Source of the DNA: Geminicoccaceae bacterium
Lineage (GTDB): Bacteria; Pseudomonadota; Alphaproteobacteria; Geminicoccales; Geminicoccaceae
Assembly (NCBI GenBank): GCA_041397945.1
Contig: JAWKVR010000008.1
Coordinates: forward strand, 23,414-87,413
DNA length: 64,000 bases
Direction: 5' to 3'
Shown one piece after another: positions 29,938 to 39,390 of the stretch (within the stretch, counting starts at the first letter, position 1; every line of letters starts with the position of its first letter). The position numbers and the translations under genes were made by a program. The notes beneath the pieces were generated by a model, which had not been told where the DNA came from, ran no database searches, and saw nothing but the letters and a program-made list of their open reading frames with translations.

Positions 29938-30619
29938 CGACCACCACCCCGACCACGCCGCCGGCTACCGCACCCGCCAGGATGTGCCAGCCGGGCGGCA
30001 GGACCGCCATGGCCGCGAGGGCCGTGAGCCCCGCCGCGAGCCAGGCCAGGTCGTCGGCGCGGCCCCGCCGCAGCCCCGTCAGCATGCAGGAGAGGAAGGC
30101 GAGGAAGACGAGATCGAGCCCGAAGCGGCGGAAATGCTCGGGCGAGAGATCGATGAAGCCGGCGCCGGCGACGGTGCCGGCGACCCAGGCGACCCAGAGC
30201 AGGATGCCGCCGCCGACCAGCACGCCGACATCGCGCTCGCCGCGTGCCTGCGCCTCGATCGCCCGCGCCCAGTTGGGCTCGCTGAGCAGCACCGCCGCCA
30301 GGTAGATCTGCCAGGCGGGCAGGCTGCGCAGCCAGGGATAGAGCGAGGCGCCGAGCAGGAAATGGCGCCCGTTGACGGCCAGCGTGGCGATCAGCAGGGG
30401 ACCCCAGGCCACCGGCGACTGCCAGAGCTCGAGCACCGCGAACTGCGAGCCGCCGGCGAACACGGTGGCGCTCATCAGGGTGGCGGCCCAGCCCGCCATC
30501 CCGACATTGCGGGCCGCGATGCCGAAGGCCACGCCGAAGATGAAGGCATAGACGCCGACGGCGATGAGCCGGCGGGCGCCGCTGCCCATGCCGCGCCAGG
30601 TGATCACCGCCCGCTCCAT
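29924..30619 (-). CDS. azlC: Branched-chain amino acid exporter AzlC family
   Basis: 231 aa: FIFGVAFGIAARNVGMAGWAATLMSATVFAGGSQFAVLELW...LLIATLAVNGRHFLLGASL. Confidence 0.85.
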   Translation of the reverse strand: MERAVITWRGMGSGARRLIAVGVYAFIFGVAFGIAARNVGMAGWAATLMSATVFAGGSQFAVLELWQSPVAWGPLLIATLAVNGRHFLLGASLYPWLRSLPAWQIYLAAVLLSEPNWARAIEAQARGERDVGVLVGGGILLWVAWVAGTVAGAGFIDLSPEHFRRFGLDLVFLAFLSCMLTGLRRGRADDLAWLAAGLTALAAMAVLPPGWHILAGAVAGGVVGVVVDARR

Positions 30620-30775
30620 CCACTGCTCCCGCCCGCGAAGATGCGGCGTTCAGAGCACGGCCCGCAGGCCGGGGCAACCACCAGTGCAGGCCCGGCTCCG
30701 CCCTTTATCCGCGGCCGCAGATGCGCCACGATGCGTCCCAATGCAGGCGGAGCAGCAACAAGGAGGAAGACCCCG

Positions 30776-31888
30776 ATGACCCAGAACCTGAAGCGCCGCA
30801 CCATCCTTGCCGGCACGGCCGCGCTCGGCGCCTCCACGACCACCGCGGCGAGCTTCCCCAGGCCCGCCATCAGCCAGGGGGTCACGCGCTGGAAGATGGT
30901 CACCGCCTGGCCGAAGAACCTGCCCGGCCCCGGCGTCGCCGCGCAGATGCTGGCCGACCGCATCTCCGCCCTCTCCGGCGGCAGGCTGGAGGTCGAGCTC
31001 TTCGCCACGGGCGAGATCGTCCCCGGCAACCAGGTCTTCGACGCCGTCGCCGAAGGCACGGCCGAGCTCTACCACGCCGTCCCCGCCTATTGGGGCTCGA
31101 AGTCCCGCGGCATCCTGCTCTTCGGCTCCCAGCCCTTCGGCCTTCTCGCCACCGAGCAGGTCGGCTGGCTGACCCATGGCGGCGGCCAGGCGCTCTACGA
31201 CGAGATCTACGGCCGCTTCGGCCTCAAGCCCTTCCTCTGCGGCAATAGCGGGCCGCAATGGGCCGGCTGGTTCAGGGACGAGATCACCTCGGTCGACGAC
31301 CTCCAGGGCCTGCGCTTCCGCACCACCGGCCTCGCGTCGGAGATGTGCTCGAAGCTCGGCATGGCCGTCCAGGCGATGAGCGGCGGCGACATGTTCCAGG
31401 CGCTGCAGTCCGGCACCATCGACGCCGGCGAGTTCATCGGCCCCTGGACCGATTCGGCGCTCGGCTTCTACCAGGTCGCCAAGAACTACTACTGGCCGGG
31501 CGTCGGCGAGCCCTCCTCGGCCGAGGAATGCGTCGTCAACATGGCCGCCTGGGAAGCCCTGCCGGACGACCTCAAGCTCGCCGTCGAGACCGCCTGCAAG
31601 TCGCTCTACAACGACGTGCTCACCGAGTACGCGACCAAGAGTGCCCAGAGCCTGCCGCAGCTCGTCGCCGAGCACGGCGTCATGGTCCGCCAGCTCCCCG
31701 AGGAGGTGATGGTCGCCATGGGCAACGCCGCCGGCGAGGTGATCGCCGAGCTCGCCGCCGACGAGGACGAGCTGGTCCGCCGCATCGTCGAGAGCTTCCT
31801 GGCCTACCGCGCCTCGATCGCGTCCTACATGACCTACGCCGACAACGGCCAGATGAACGCTCGGGCCCTCGACTTCACCTACGGCTGA
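30776..31888 (+). CDS. TRAP transporter substrate-binding protein (DctP family, COG4663-like) with Tat-type signal
   Basis: SD AGGAGG at 30761. MTQNLKRRTILAGTAALGASTTTAASFPRPAISQGVTRWKMVTAWPKNLPGPG...; intact. Confidence 0.88.
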   Translation: MTQNLKRRTILAGTAALGASTTTAASFPRPAISQGVTRWKMVTAWPKNLPGPGVAAQMLADRISALSGGRLEVELFATGEIVPGNQVFDAVAEGTAELYHAVPAYWGSKSRGILLFGSQPFGLLATEQVGWLTHGGGQALYDEIYGRFGLKPFLCGNSGPQWAGWFRDEITSVDDLQGLRFRTTGLASEMCSKLGMAVQAMSGGDMFQALQSGTIDAGEFIGPWTDSALGFYQVAKNYYWPGVGEPSSAEECVVNMAAWEALPDDLKLAVETACKSLYNDVLTEYATKSAQSLPQLVAEHGVMVRQLPEEVMVAMGNAAGEVIAELAADEDELVRRIVESFLAYRASIASYMTYADNGQMNARALDFTYG

Positions 31889-31999
31889 GCAGATAGGCCG
31901 TCGGGGCGATTGGCACGGGTCAGACCGACGCTGCCCGTGCGATCGCCCGGTGCCAGCCGCGAAGGGCGGAGAAAGTTCGTTCCTGCCACTGCGAGGACC

Positions 32000-32485
32000 T
32001 CAGGATACCGGCGGCACCGCCGCATCCGCTGCGATCAGCGAACGCTCCATGATGATGGTCCGTTCGGCCCCGACGTATTGGTCCCGGACGGCGACGAACC
32101 CGAGTCTCGTATAGAATCCCTCGGCCGTGATCGATGACCGAACGGTCTGGCGGGTCAGGCCGCGTGTGCGACACAGCACCTCCAGCTCCCGCATCAATGC
32201 CGAACCGAGCCCGCGCCCCTGGTGCTCGGGCGCAACGAAGACCGTGCGAACGGCCGAGTGCTCCAGGCTCGCAGTGCCTACGATCTCGTCCGCGAGGCAG
32301 GCCACCAGCACGTCACGTGTGGCCAGAAGCTCGAGAATGCGTTCCGGTGCGAAGTTTTGCACGAGCGCCGAAATGACCGCGGGCGGATAGTCCCCGGCAT
32401 TCGTCTCACGAAGTGCACGGACGATCACATGGCTGATCGCCCCCGCATCGTCGACCGTAGCACTTCTGATGAGTGGTAGCTCCAT
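32000..32485 (-). CDS. GNAT family N-acetyltransferase
   Basis: MELPLIRSATVDDAGAISHVI...VFVAPEHQGRGLGSALMRELEVLCRTRGLTRQTVRSSITAEGFYTRLGF (acetyl-CoA-binding Q/RxxGxG motif). Confidence 0.85.
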   Translation of the reverse strand: MELPLIRSATVDDAGAISHVIVRALRETNAGDYPPAVISALVQNFAPERILELLATRDVLVACLADEIVGTASLEHSAVRTVFVAPEHQGRGLGSALMRELEVLCRTRGLTRQTVRSSITAEGFYTRLGFVAVRDQYVGAERTIIMERSLIAADAAVPPVS

Positions 32486-32764
32486 CGGCGCAGGATGCCC
32501 GACATGCTCTTCCTGAGGAAAGCGGAGATCTCCAGAGAACATAGAACTGTTGGAGCCAGGAGTAGGTCGAAGAGGGCGCCTTGATGCGGGCCGCCGAGCT
32601 GTTCATTGCCGGCCTCCTCTGATCCCGGCACGTGACGGCCGGCAAAGGCGCTTGTCAACTCCCCGTCCTTGCCGTCACAACCGTGCATGGGCGATCGGGC
32701 AACGCCGTCCGACCGAGGCGGGTACGGCCGGAACGCCACAACCAGTGCGCCTGAAATAGAGACT

Positions 32765-33279
32765 TTGAGAACGCTCTCCACCGCCGCCGACGCGCTCGAC
32801 CGGGTCAACGCCCTGGTCGGGCGAGCGGCGCGCTGGCTGGCACTCCTCATGCTGCTCGCCCAGTTCCTCGTGGTGGTGCTGCGCCACCTTCGCAGTAATG
32901 AGCTACATCTGGGGTACCGACACCGTCCTTCTATTTGCAGGCGCCGCCCTCTTTCATGCTGGGGCCGGCTACACGCCCCTCGTCGACGGCCATGTCCGGG
33001 TCGACATCCTCTAAGTGCCGGGCTCATGAGCGGGGCAACTGGGTCGATCTCCTGGGCACGCCCTCTTCCTCGTCCCCACCTGCCTCGTCATCCTCTGGTT
33101 CACCTGGCGCTTCACTGCCAACAGCTGGGCCATCCGCGAAGGCCCTCTCGGTCGGCGGCATCCCCGCCTCCTTCCTGCTCAAGACCCTGATCCCGGCCTT
33201 CGCCCTCCTCCTCCTGATCCAGGGCATCAGCCTGGCGCTGCGCGCCATCGTTCGCCTGCAAGCCGGTGACGCCCGGTGA
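32765..33279 (+). pseudogene. TRAP transporter small permease (DctQ-like), at least 3 frameshifts
   Basis: LSTAADALDRVNALVGRAARWLALLMLLAQFLVVVLRH, then YIWGTDTVLLFAGAALFMLGAGYT, RGNWVDLLGT, LFLVPTCLVILWFTWRFTANSWAIREG and GGIPASFLLKTLIPAFALLLLIQGISLALRAI in alternating frames. The stop overlaps the dctM GTG (GTGA). Confidence 0.7.
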
Positions 33280-34835
33280 TCGCCGGCAATCTCGACCTCG
33301 TCATGCTGGCGGCCCTCTGCCTCGTCATCCTGACGGGCTACCCGGTCACCTTCCTCATCGCCGGGCTCGGCGTGCTCTTCGCCTTCCTCGGCTGGGCCAT
33401 GGGCGTCTTCGACCTCGGGCTCCTCGGCGCACTCGCCCAGCGCATCTTCGGCGTCATGACCAACCAGGTGCTGATCGCCATCCCGCTCTTCGTGCTGATG
33501 GGCACCATTCTCGAGCGCTCGCGCATCGCCGAGGAGCTGCTGGAGCAGATGGGCCGCCTCTTCGGCACCATTCGGGGCGGCCTGGCCGTCTCCGTCACCC
33601 TGGTCGGCGCCCTCCTCGCCGCCTCGACCGGCATCGTCGGCGCCACCGTCGTCACCATGGGGCTCATAGCGCTGCCGGCCATGCTGCGGCACGGCTACGG
33701 CCGGGGCCTCGCGGCGGGCTCGGTCGTCACCGCCGGCACGCTCGGGCAGATCATCCCGCCCTCGACCATGCTCATCATCCTGGCCGACGTGATGTCCACC
33801 GCCTTCCAGCAGGCGCAGTACACCCAGGGCAAGTTCTCGGTCGAGACCATCAGCGTCGGCCAGGTCTTCGCCGCCGCCATCCTGCCGGGCCTGCTGCTCG
33901 TCGGCCTCTACATCGCCTACATTCTCTGGACCGCGAAGCGCCGTCCGGACCTCGCCCCGGCCATGCCGGCGACGGGCGTGAAGCCGACCCCGGCCGCCGT
34001 GCTCAGGGCCCTGGCGCCGCCCATCGTGCTGATCGTCGCCGTCCTCGGCTCCATCCTCGGCGGCATCGCCACGCCCACCGAGGCCGCCTCGGTCGGCGCC
34101 ATCGGCGCCCTCCTGCTCGCCGGGCTCCGGCTCGAGCCCGACCGCTCCGGCTGGCCCGTCTGGCTCGCCATCGCTGCCGTCGTGGCCCTCCTCGTGCTCA
34201 CCGCCTTCGTCGACCTCCGCCTCGGCCGCAGCCAGGCGACACCGACCGAAAGCCTCGCCATCTGGCTCGCCATGGGCCTCGTGGGCCTCCTCGCCATCGG
34301 TCTCGCCGTCTGCCTCGTGCGCGCCAATCGAACGGGCATCCTCGTTCCCGTCCTCACCCAGACCATGACCATCACCTCGATGATCTTCGGCACCATCATC
34401 GGCGCCTCGATCTTCTCGCTGGTGCTGCGCGGGCTCGGCGGCGATGCCCGCATCGAGAGCCTGATCGAGGCTCTGCCGGGCGGCCCCGGCCTCGCCCTCC
34501 TCTTCGTCATGGCCGCCGTCTTCCTGCTCGGCTTCTTCCTCGACTTCGTCGAGATCAGCATCATCATCCTGCCGCTCACCGTGCCGATCCTGCTGCTCAT
34601 GGGCTTCGACCCGATCTGGCTCGCCGTGCTGATCGCCATCAACCTGCAGACCAGCTTCCTCCCACCCCCCTTCGGCTTCTCCCTCTTCTACCTCAGGGGC
34701 GCCGCCCCGCCCGAGATCACCACGGGCGACATCTACAAGGGTGTGATCCCCTTCATCCTTTTGCAGATCCTCGCCATCCTCCTGGTCTACCTGGCCCCGC
34801 CCATCGCCACGACCTTGCCGCGCCTGCTATTCTGA
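33276..34835 (+). CDS. TRAP transporter large permease (DctM-like)
   Basis: Intact 519-aa polytopic ORF: IAIPLFVLMGTILERSRIAEELLEQMGRLFGTIRGGLAVSV... Confidence 0.9.
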   Translation: MIAGNLDLVMLAALCLVILTGYPVTFLIAGLGVLFAFLGWAMGVFDLGLLGALAQRIFGVMTNQVLIAIPLFVLMGTILERSRIAEELLEQMGRLFGTIRGGLAVSVTLVGALLAASTGIVGATVVTMGLIALPAMLRHGYGRGLAAGSVVTAGTLGQIIPPSTMLIILADVMSTAFQQAQYTQGKFSVETISVGQVFAAAILPGLLLVGLYIAYILWTAKRRPDLAPAMPATGVKPTPAAVLRALAPPIVLIVAVLGSILGGIATPTEAASVGAIGALLLAGLRLEPDRSGWPVWLAIAAVVALLVLTAFVDLRLGRSQATPTESLAIWLAMGLVGLLAIGLAVCLVRANRTGILVPVLTQTMTITSMIFGTIIGASIFSLVLRGLGGDARIESLIEALPGGPGLALLFVMAAVFLLGFFLDFVEISIIILPLTVPILLLMGFDPIWLAVLIAINLQTSFLPPPFGFSLFYLRGAAPPEITTGDIYKGVIPFILLQILAILLVYLAPPIATTLPRLLF

Positions 34836-34850
34836 GCAGCCCTCGCAATT

Positions 34851-34874
34851 TCAGAATTTCTGATTATCTGATAA
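34851..34874. promoter_or_regulatory. Two abutting perfect palindromes, TCAGAA-T-TTCTGA and TTATC-T-GATAA, upstream of the antitoxin gene (candidate TA operator)
   Basis: 34851-34863 and 34864-34874, checked by hand. This is the only AT-rich patch in the dctM-vapB spacer, about 32 nt before the ATG at 34906. Confidence 0.55.
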
Positions 34875-34905
34875 TCGAACGCGCCACCGCCCGCCGAGGC
34901 CCGCC

Positions 34906-35184
34906 ATGACCCTCGTCAAGCTCCGCAAGAGTGCCCAGCTCACTTTGCCGACCGAGATCCGCGAAGCCCTCCAGCTCGCCGAGGGCGACTATCTCGAAGC
35001 CGAGATCGTGCAGGGCGGCGTCCTGCTCCGCCCCGTCGACGTCGTCCGCCGCGAGGCGGCGTGGGACGACCTCGTCGAGCTCGTCGAGACGCCGAAGCGA
35101 CGGACGCCGCCGACCGAATCGCCCGAGGAGGAAGAGGCGCTGATCTTCCAGATGGTCGAGGAGGCCCGCCATTCGCGCGACTAG
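34906..35184 (+). CDS. AbrB/MazE/SpoVT-family antitoxin (VapB-like)
   Basis: MTLVKLRKSAQLTLPTEIREALQLAEGDYLEAEIVQGGVLLRPV is a SpoVT-AbrB swapped-hairpin N-terminus. The C-terminus is acidic. It lies 1 nt upstream of the PIN gene. Confidence 0.8.
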   Translation: MTLVKLRKSAQLTLPTEIREALQLAEGDYLEAEIVQGGVLLRPVDVVRREAAWDDLVELVETPKRRTPPTESPEEEEALIFQMVEEARHSRD

Positions 35185-35185
35185 G

Positions 35186-35623
35186 GTGGTTCTCGACAGC
35201 TCCGTCCTGATCAGCGCCTTCCTCACCCCGCGCGGCACCTCCGCCACAGTGCTCGTCACCATGCGGCAGACCCGGTTCACGCTCTGTCTCTCGCGCGAGA
35301 TCGTCACCGAGACGACCACCAGATTGATCCGCAAACTGCCTCGACTTGCGCCCAGATATGCCTACACCGAGGCGGACGTGGCGCGGTTCGCCCGTGATCT
35401 TGCCGAGACCGCCGTGTTCGTGACCGACCTGCCCGTGCTGGACGCCGTGCCCCTCGATCCCGACGACAACATCATCATCGCCACGGCCGTCGCTGCCCGC
35501 GCCGACCTCCTCGTCACCGGCGACCGCCACCTCCTCGACCTCGAACGCCACGCCGCCATTCGCATCATCGACCCGCGCCGCTTCCTGGGCGAGCTGGCAA
35601 AGGCCGACCCCGGCGCCGGCTGA
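35186..35623 (+). CDS. PIN-domain toxin (TIGR00305-like putative TA toxin)
   Basis: VVLDSSVLISAFLTPRGTSATVL...DPDDNIIIATAVAARADLLVTGDRHLLDL, with conserved acidic PIN residues. GTG start. Confidence 0.8.
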   Translation: MVLDSSVLISAFLTPRGTSATVLVTMRQTRFTLCLSREIVTETTTRLIRKLPRLAPRYAYTEADVARFARDLAETAVFVTDLPVLDAVPLDPDDNIIIATAVAARADLLVTGDRHLLDLERHAAIRIIDPRRFLGELAKADPGAG

Positions 35624-35692
35624 AGCTGGATCGGGGCGCCAGCCCTGCTATTCTCGGGTCTGCCCTCCAACCCGGTCTCGCGGAGCCCGCCC

Positions 35693-36352
35693 ATGACCCT
35701 CACCCTCTACGGCGTCGCCCGCTCGCGCGCCTCGCGCAACATCTGGCTCTGCCTCGAGGCCGACCTGCCGTTCGAGCAGGTGCCCGTCATCCAGGCGCGC
35801 CGCGTGAAGGACCCGCTGGCGGCGGACGCCCCCCTCAACACCCGCTCGCCCGCCTTCCTCGCGGTCAACCCCAACGGCCTCGTCCCGGCCATGCGGGACG
35901 GCGAGCTCGTGCTCTTCGAATCCCTCGCCATCAACCTCTACCTCGCGCGCAAGATCGGCGCCCCGCTCGGGCCTGCCGACCTCGTCGAGGAGGGCCGCAT
36001 CCTCATGTGGAGCCTCTGGTCGGCCACCGAGGCCGAGCCCTGGGCCATGCAGATCCTCATGCACCGGGCCTACCTGCCCGAGGCCGAGCGCGACCCCGCC
36101 GCCGCCATCCGGGCGGCCCAGGCGCTCGCCCCCAAGTTCGCCGTCCTCGACCAGCACCTGCAGGGCCGCGACTGGCTCGTCGCCGACCGCTTCACCGTCG
36201 CCGACATCAACACCGCCGAGGTGCTGCGCTACGCCGCCCTCGCCACCGAGCTCTTCGACCAGGCCCCCAACGTCAAGCGCTGGTTCAAGACCTGCCAGTC
36301 CCGCCCCGCCTTCAAGGAGATGATGCGCCGCCGGGAAGCCGAGCCGGCGTAG
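35693..36352 (+). CDS. Glutathione S-transferase
   Basis: 219 aa: [24 protein letters not shown]...[26 protein letters not shown]...[14 protein letters not shown]. Confidence 0.88.
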   Translation: MTLTLYGVARSRASRNIWLCLEADLPFEQVPVIQARRVKDPLAADAPLNTRSPAFLAVNPNGLVPAMRDGELVLFESLAINLYLARKIGAPLGPADLVEEGRILMWSLWSATEAEPWAMQILMHRAYLPEAERDPAAAIRAAQALAPKFAVLDQHLQGRDWLVADRFTVADINTAEVLRYAALATELFDQAPNVKRWFKTCQSRPAFKEMMRRREAEPA

Positions 36353-36438
36353 GGCAAGGAAAAGAGGGCTGGGTTCCCCGGCACCCCTTCCGTTTCAGGG
36401 CCAGGTGCCGCCCTGGGCCAACGACAGGACATGCAGCC

Positions 36439-37462
36439 ATGGCTCGATCGACGACCGTCAACCGTCAGTGGGTGCTGGCGGAACGCCCCAGGGGCGAGCC
36501 CGACGACCGGACGCTGCGGCTGGTGACGGGCGCGCTGCCGACTGCCGGCAAGGGGCGGATGCTGCTGCGCAACGAGTATCTCTCGCTCGACCCCTACATG
36601 CGCGGCCGGATGAGCGACCGGCCGTCCTATGCCCCGCCCGTCGAGCTGGGGGCCGTTATGGTGGGCGGCACCGTGGCCGAGGTGCTCGAGTCCGATGTCG
36701 ACGGCTTCGCCCCGGGCGATCGGGTCGTCGCTGCCGGCGGCTGGCAGGACTATGCGCTCTCGGATGGCACCGGCGTCATCAATCTCGGCCGGAACCCGGA
36801 AAATCCCTCCTGGGCCCTCGGCGTCCTCGGCATGCCCGGCCTCACCGCCTGGGCGGGGCTGACGCAGATCGGCCAGCCGAAGGCGGGCGAGACGCTCGTC
36901 GTGGCAGCCGCCAGCGGGCCGGTCGGCGCCACGGTCGGCCAGGTCGGCAAGATTATGGGCTGTCGCGTGATCGGAGTCGCCGGCGGGCCCGAGAAGTGCG
37001 CCCATGTGGTCGACACGCTGGGCTTCGACGCCTGCATCGACCATCGGGCCGATGGCTTCCCGAACGCCCTGAAGGCGGCCGTGCCGGAGGGCATCGACAT
37101 CTATTTCGAGAACGTGGGCGGTGCTGTGCTGGATGCCGTGCTGCCGCTGCTGAACACCTCGGCGCGCATCCCGGTCTGCGGCCTGGTATCGATCTACAAC
37201 GCCACGTCGCTGCCCGACGGCCCTGACCGATCGACCTGATGGCGATGATCCTGCGCAAGCGGCTGATCCTGCGCGGCTTCATCGTCTTCCAGGATTTCGG
37301 CCACCTCTACCCCGAGTTCGCCCAGCAGATGGGCGCCTGGGTCGAGGCGGGCCGGGTCCGCTACCTTGAGGACATGATCGAGGGGCTGGAGCAGGCCGCC
37401 GCCCTCGTCGGCCTGCTCCGGGCGAGTCGTTCGGCAAGCGCGCCATCCGCCTGACATCCTGA
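36439..37462 (+). pseudogene. NADP-dependent oxidoreductase (YncB/CurA, MDR superfamily), 2 frameshifts near the 3' end
   Basis: NRQWVLAERPRGEPDDRTLRLV...LSLDPYMRGRM...GMPGLTAWAGLTQIGQPKAGETLVVAAASGPVGATVGQVGKIMGCRVIGVAGG is continuous to 37239. Then LRKRLILRGFIVFQDFGHLYPEFAQQMGAWVEAGRV is in another frame, and the tail ESFGKRAIRLT is in a third. Confidence 0.8.
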
Positions 37463-37540
37463 CCGCCCGATCGGTGCGGCGGCGATGGACCCGGCCCCGC
37501 ACGACGGGCAACAGATACCCGCAACAACGAAAGAAACGCC

Positions 37541-38507
37541 ATGCGCAACGGAAGGCCGCCCTCTTCTTCGACTATCCGCTCGAGGACGGCGTGGTGTTCG
37601 ACGACGCCGCCCGCGCGCGACTGGCCGAGCTCACCGACTTCACCCGCACGTCGTCGACGCCAGAAACTTCGCCACCCATGCCCCGGATCTCGCCGACCTC
37701 GAGGTGATCTTCGCCAGCTGGGGCATGCCGAACCTCACCGACGCGCAGCTCGCCAGCCTGCCGAAGCTCGAGGCGGTCTTCTACGCGGCCGGCAACGTCA
37801 AGGCCTTCGCGCAGCAGCTGGTCGACCACGACATCACCCTCGTCAGCGCCTGGGCGATCAACGCCATCCCGGTCGCCGAGATGTGCCTCGCGCAGATCCT
37901 GCTCAGCCTGCGCGGCTATTTCCGCTCGGCCCAAGCCGCTACCGCGAGCTGCGCGACCCGGCCGCCGCCAAGCGCTTCATGCGCTCGGGCGTGGCCGATG
38001 AAACCATCGGCCTCATCGGCATGGGCCATATCGGCACGCGGCTGCGCCGGCTGCTGCGCGACTACCCGCTCGAGGTCATCGCCCACGACCCGCTACTCAC
38101 GGCCGAGCGTGCCGCCGAACTCGACGTCGAGCAGGTCGATCTCGCCACGCTCTTCAGCCGCCTCGTACATCGTCAGCAACCACATTCCCGACCTGCCTTC
38201 GACCCGGGGCACGCTCGGCGCACCGCTCTTCGCCGCCATGCGCGAGGGTGCCACCTTCATCAACACGGGCCGCGGTGCTCAGGTCGTCGAGGAGGAGCTG
38301 ATCGCCGTCCTCGAGGATCGCACCGATCTCACAGCACTCCTCGACGTCACCTGGCCGGAACCGCCGGCCGATCCGCCCGACCCTGCCCAACGTGGTGATC
38401 AGCCCGCATATCGGCGGCACTATCGGCAATCGAGGTCACCTGCTTTCGGCCTTGCCCATCGAGGAGTTCAGGCCCGAACGCCGGCCGCGCGCTGCGCTAC
38501 CAAGTGA
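37541..38507 (+). pseudogene. D-isomer-specific 2-hydroxyacid dehydrogenase family protein, multiply frameshifted; 3' limit uncertain
   Basis: AALFFDYPLEDG, VIFASWGMPNLTDAQLASLPKLEAVFYAAGNV, GVADETIGLIGMGHIGTRLRRLLRDYPLEVIAHDP, IVSNHIPDLPSTRGTLGAPLFAAMREGATFINTGRGAQVVEEELI and VISPHIGGT lie in three frames. Confidence 0.7.
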
Positions 38508-38540
38508 CCGCCGAGATCCAGCACGATGGGCTGACGCCAA

Positions 38541-38583
38541 GCGGCGGTTGGGCGAGAGAACTGAGTTCCCCTCGAACCCTCCG
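38541..38583 (+). repeat. Copy 1 (degenerate) of a roughly 45-nt hairpin element (...GGTTGGGCGAGAGAACTGAGTTCCCCTCGAACCCTCC)
   Basis: Aligns by eye with 44563-44610 and 45470-45520. It sits where high-G+C coding sequence gives way to a low-G+C stretch with no gene. Confidence 0.6.
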
Positions 38584-38907
38584 ACCAAGCTAGGCGTTCT
38601 TCGCCTTGGCCGGTCGTTCGTCGGGCTGTCGGCGAGCTTCGAGGATCGCGCCGTCCGCCTTCGGTCTACAATCGTCCCGACGAGCGCTTGGCGGCACGGC
38701 CATGCCGAGCCCGTCGCCCAACGCTTCAGCGTTCCGCTTTACGATGCCGATGCCCGGACCTTGCAAGTTCTTGTGCCTAGTGCTGGGTGAAAGACGAATG
38801 TGATGGAGGCGCCGGCACCTGCTCTCTCTGGTCCGAAACGCTTGTTCCGAATTTGGTTGATTTATCGCCCTAGCAGTATTGCTCCGGCCGTTCGCAGAGC
38901 GCGGCGC

Positions 38908-38923
38908 TTGACAGCGCTGTCAA
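38908..38923. promoter_or_regulatory. 16-bp perfect palindrome TTGACAGCGCTGTCAA in ORF-less low-G+C DNA
   Basis: Reverse complement checked by hand. No convincing flanking gene. Confidence 0.4.
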
Positions 38924-39390
38924 AGAGACGACGAAGAGTTGGCAGGACCGTAATTGGTGCAGTCCAGTGATCATCGGACTGAACGGCCAAGGCGGCCTTC
39001 TCGATCTGGTACCGATGAGAGATATTGAGCGGCGGTGTTGTGCTTTCCGGGCGCCCTGCCGCTCAGGATCCAACCCGACCCATAAAGGATGTGGGATGAA
39101 GTTTATGTTTGCCGTAGCATCTCGGACGGTGTCACCGCGGAAAACAAGGATCTCTTTGTGGCGTTGAGGTTCTCTGCAATCGTTAATCCCAGAATTGGAC
39201 GGTCGTCGCACTGATCATCAGGAAATGGCTGATGACGGTTATGGACATTGGGCCTCCGCCGAACGTGTCGGTCGCCAACCTGTGCGGATCGGAGAAAATG
39301 GGCGGCGCGCAATCTTCGACCCATCTGTGGGCGGACCGTCCATTAATCTCAAAGATTGAAAAAGGGGAAATTCTCAACACTCCCGAATTT

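Noticed and set aside
38908-38923. FNR/FixK (CRP-family) box
   Set aside because: TTGACAGCGCTGTCAA is TTGA-N8-TCAA. The FNR/FixK consensus is TTGAT-N4-ATCAA (TTGA-N6-TCAA), so the half-site spacing is wrong. There is also no downstream gene.
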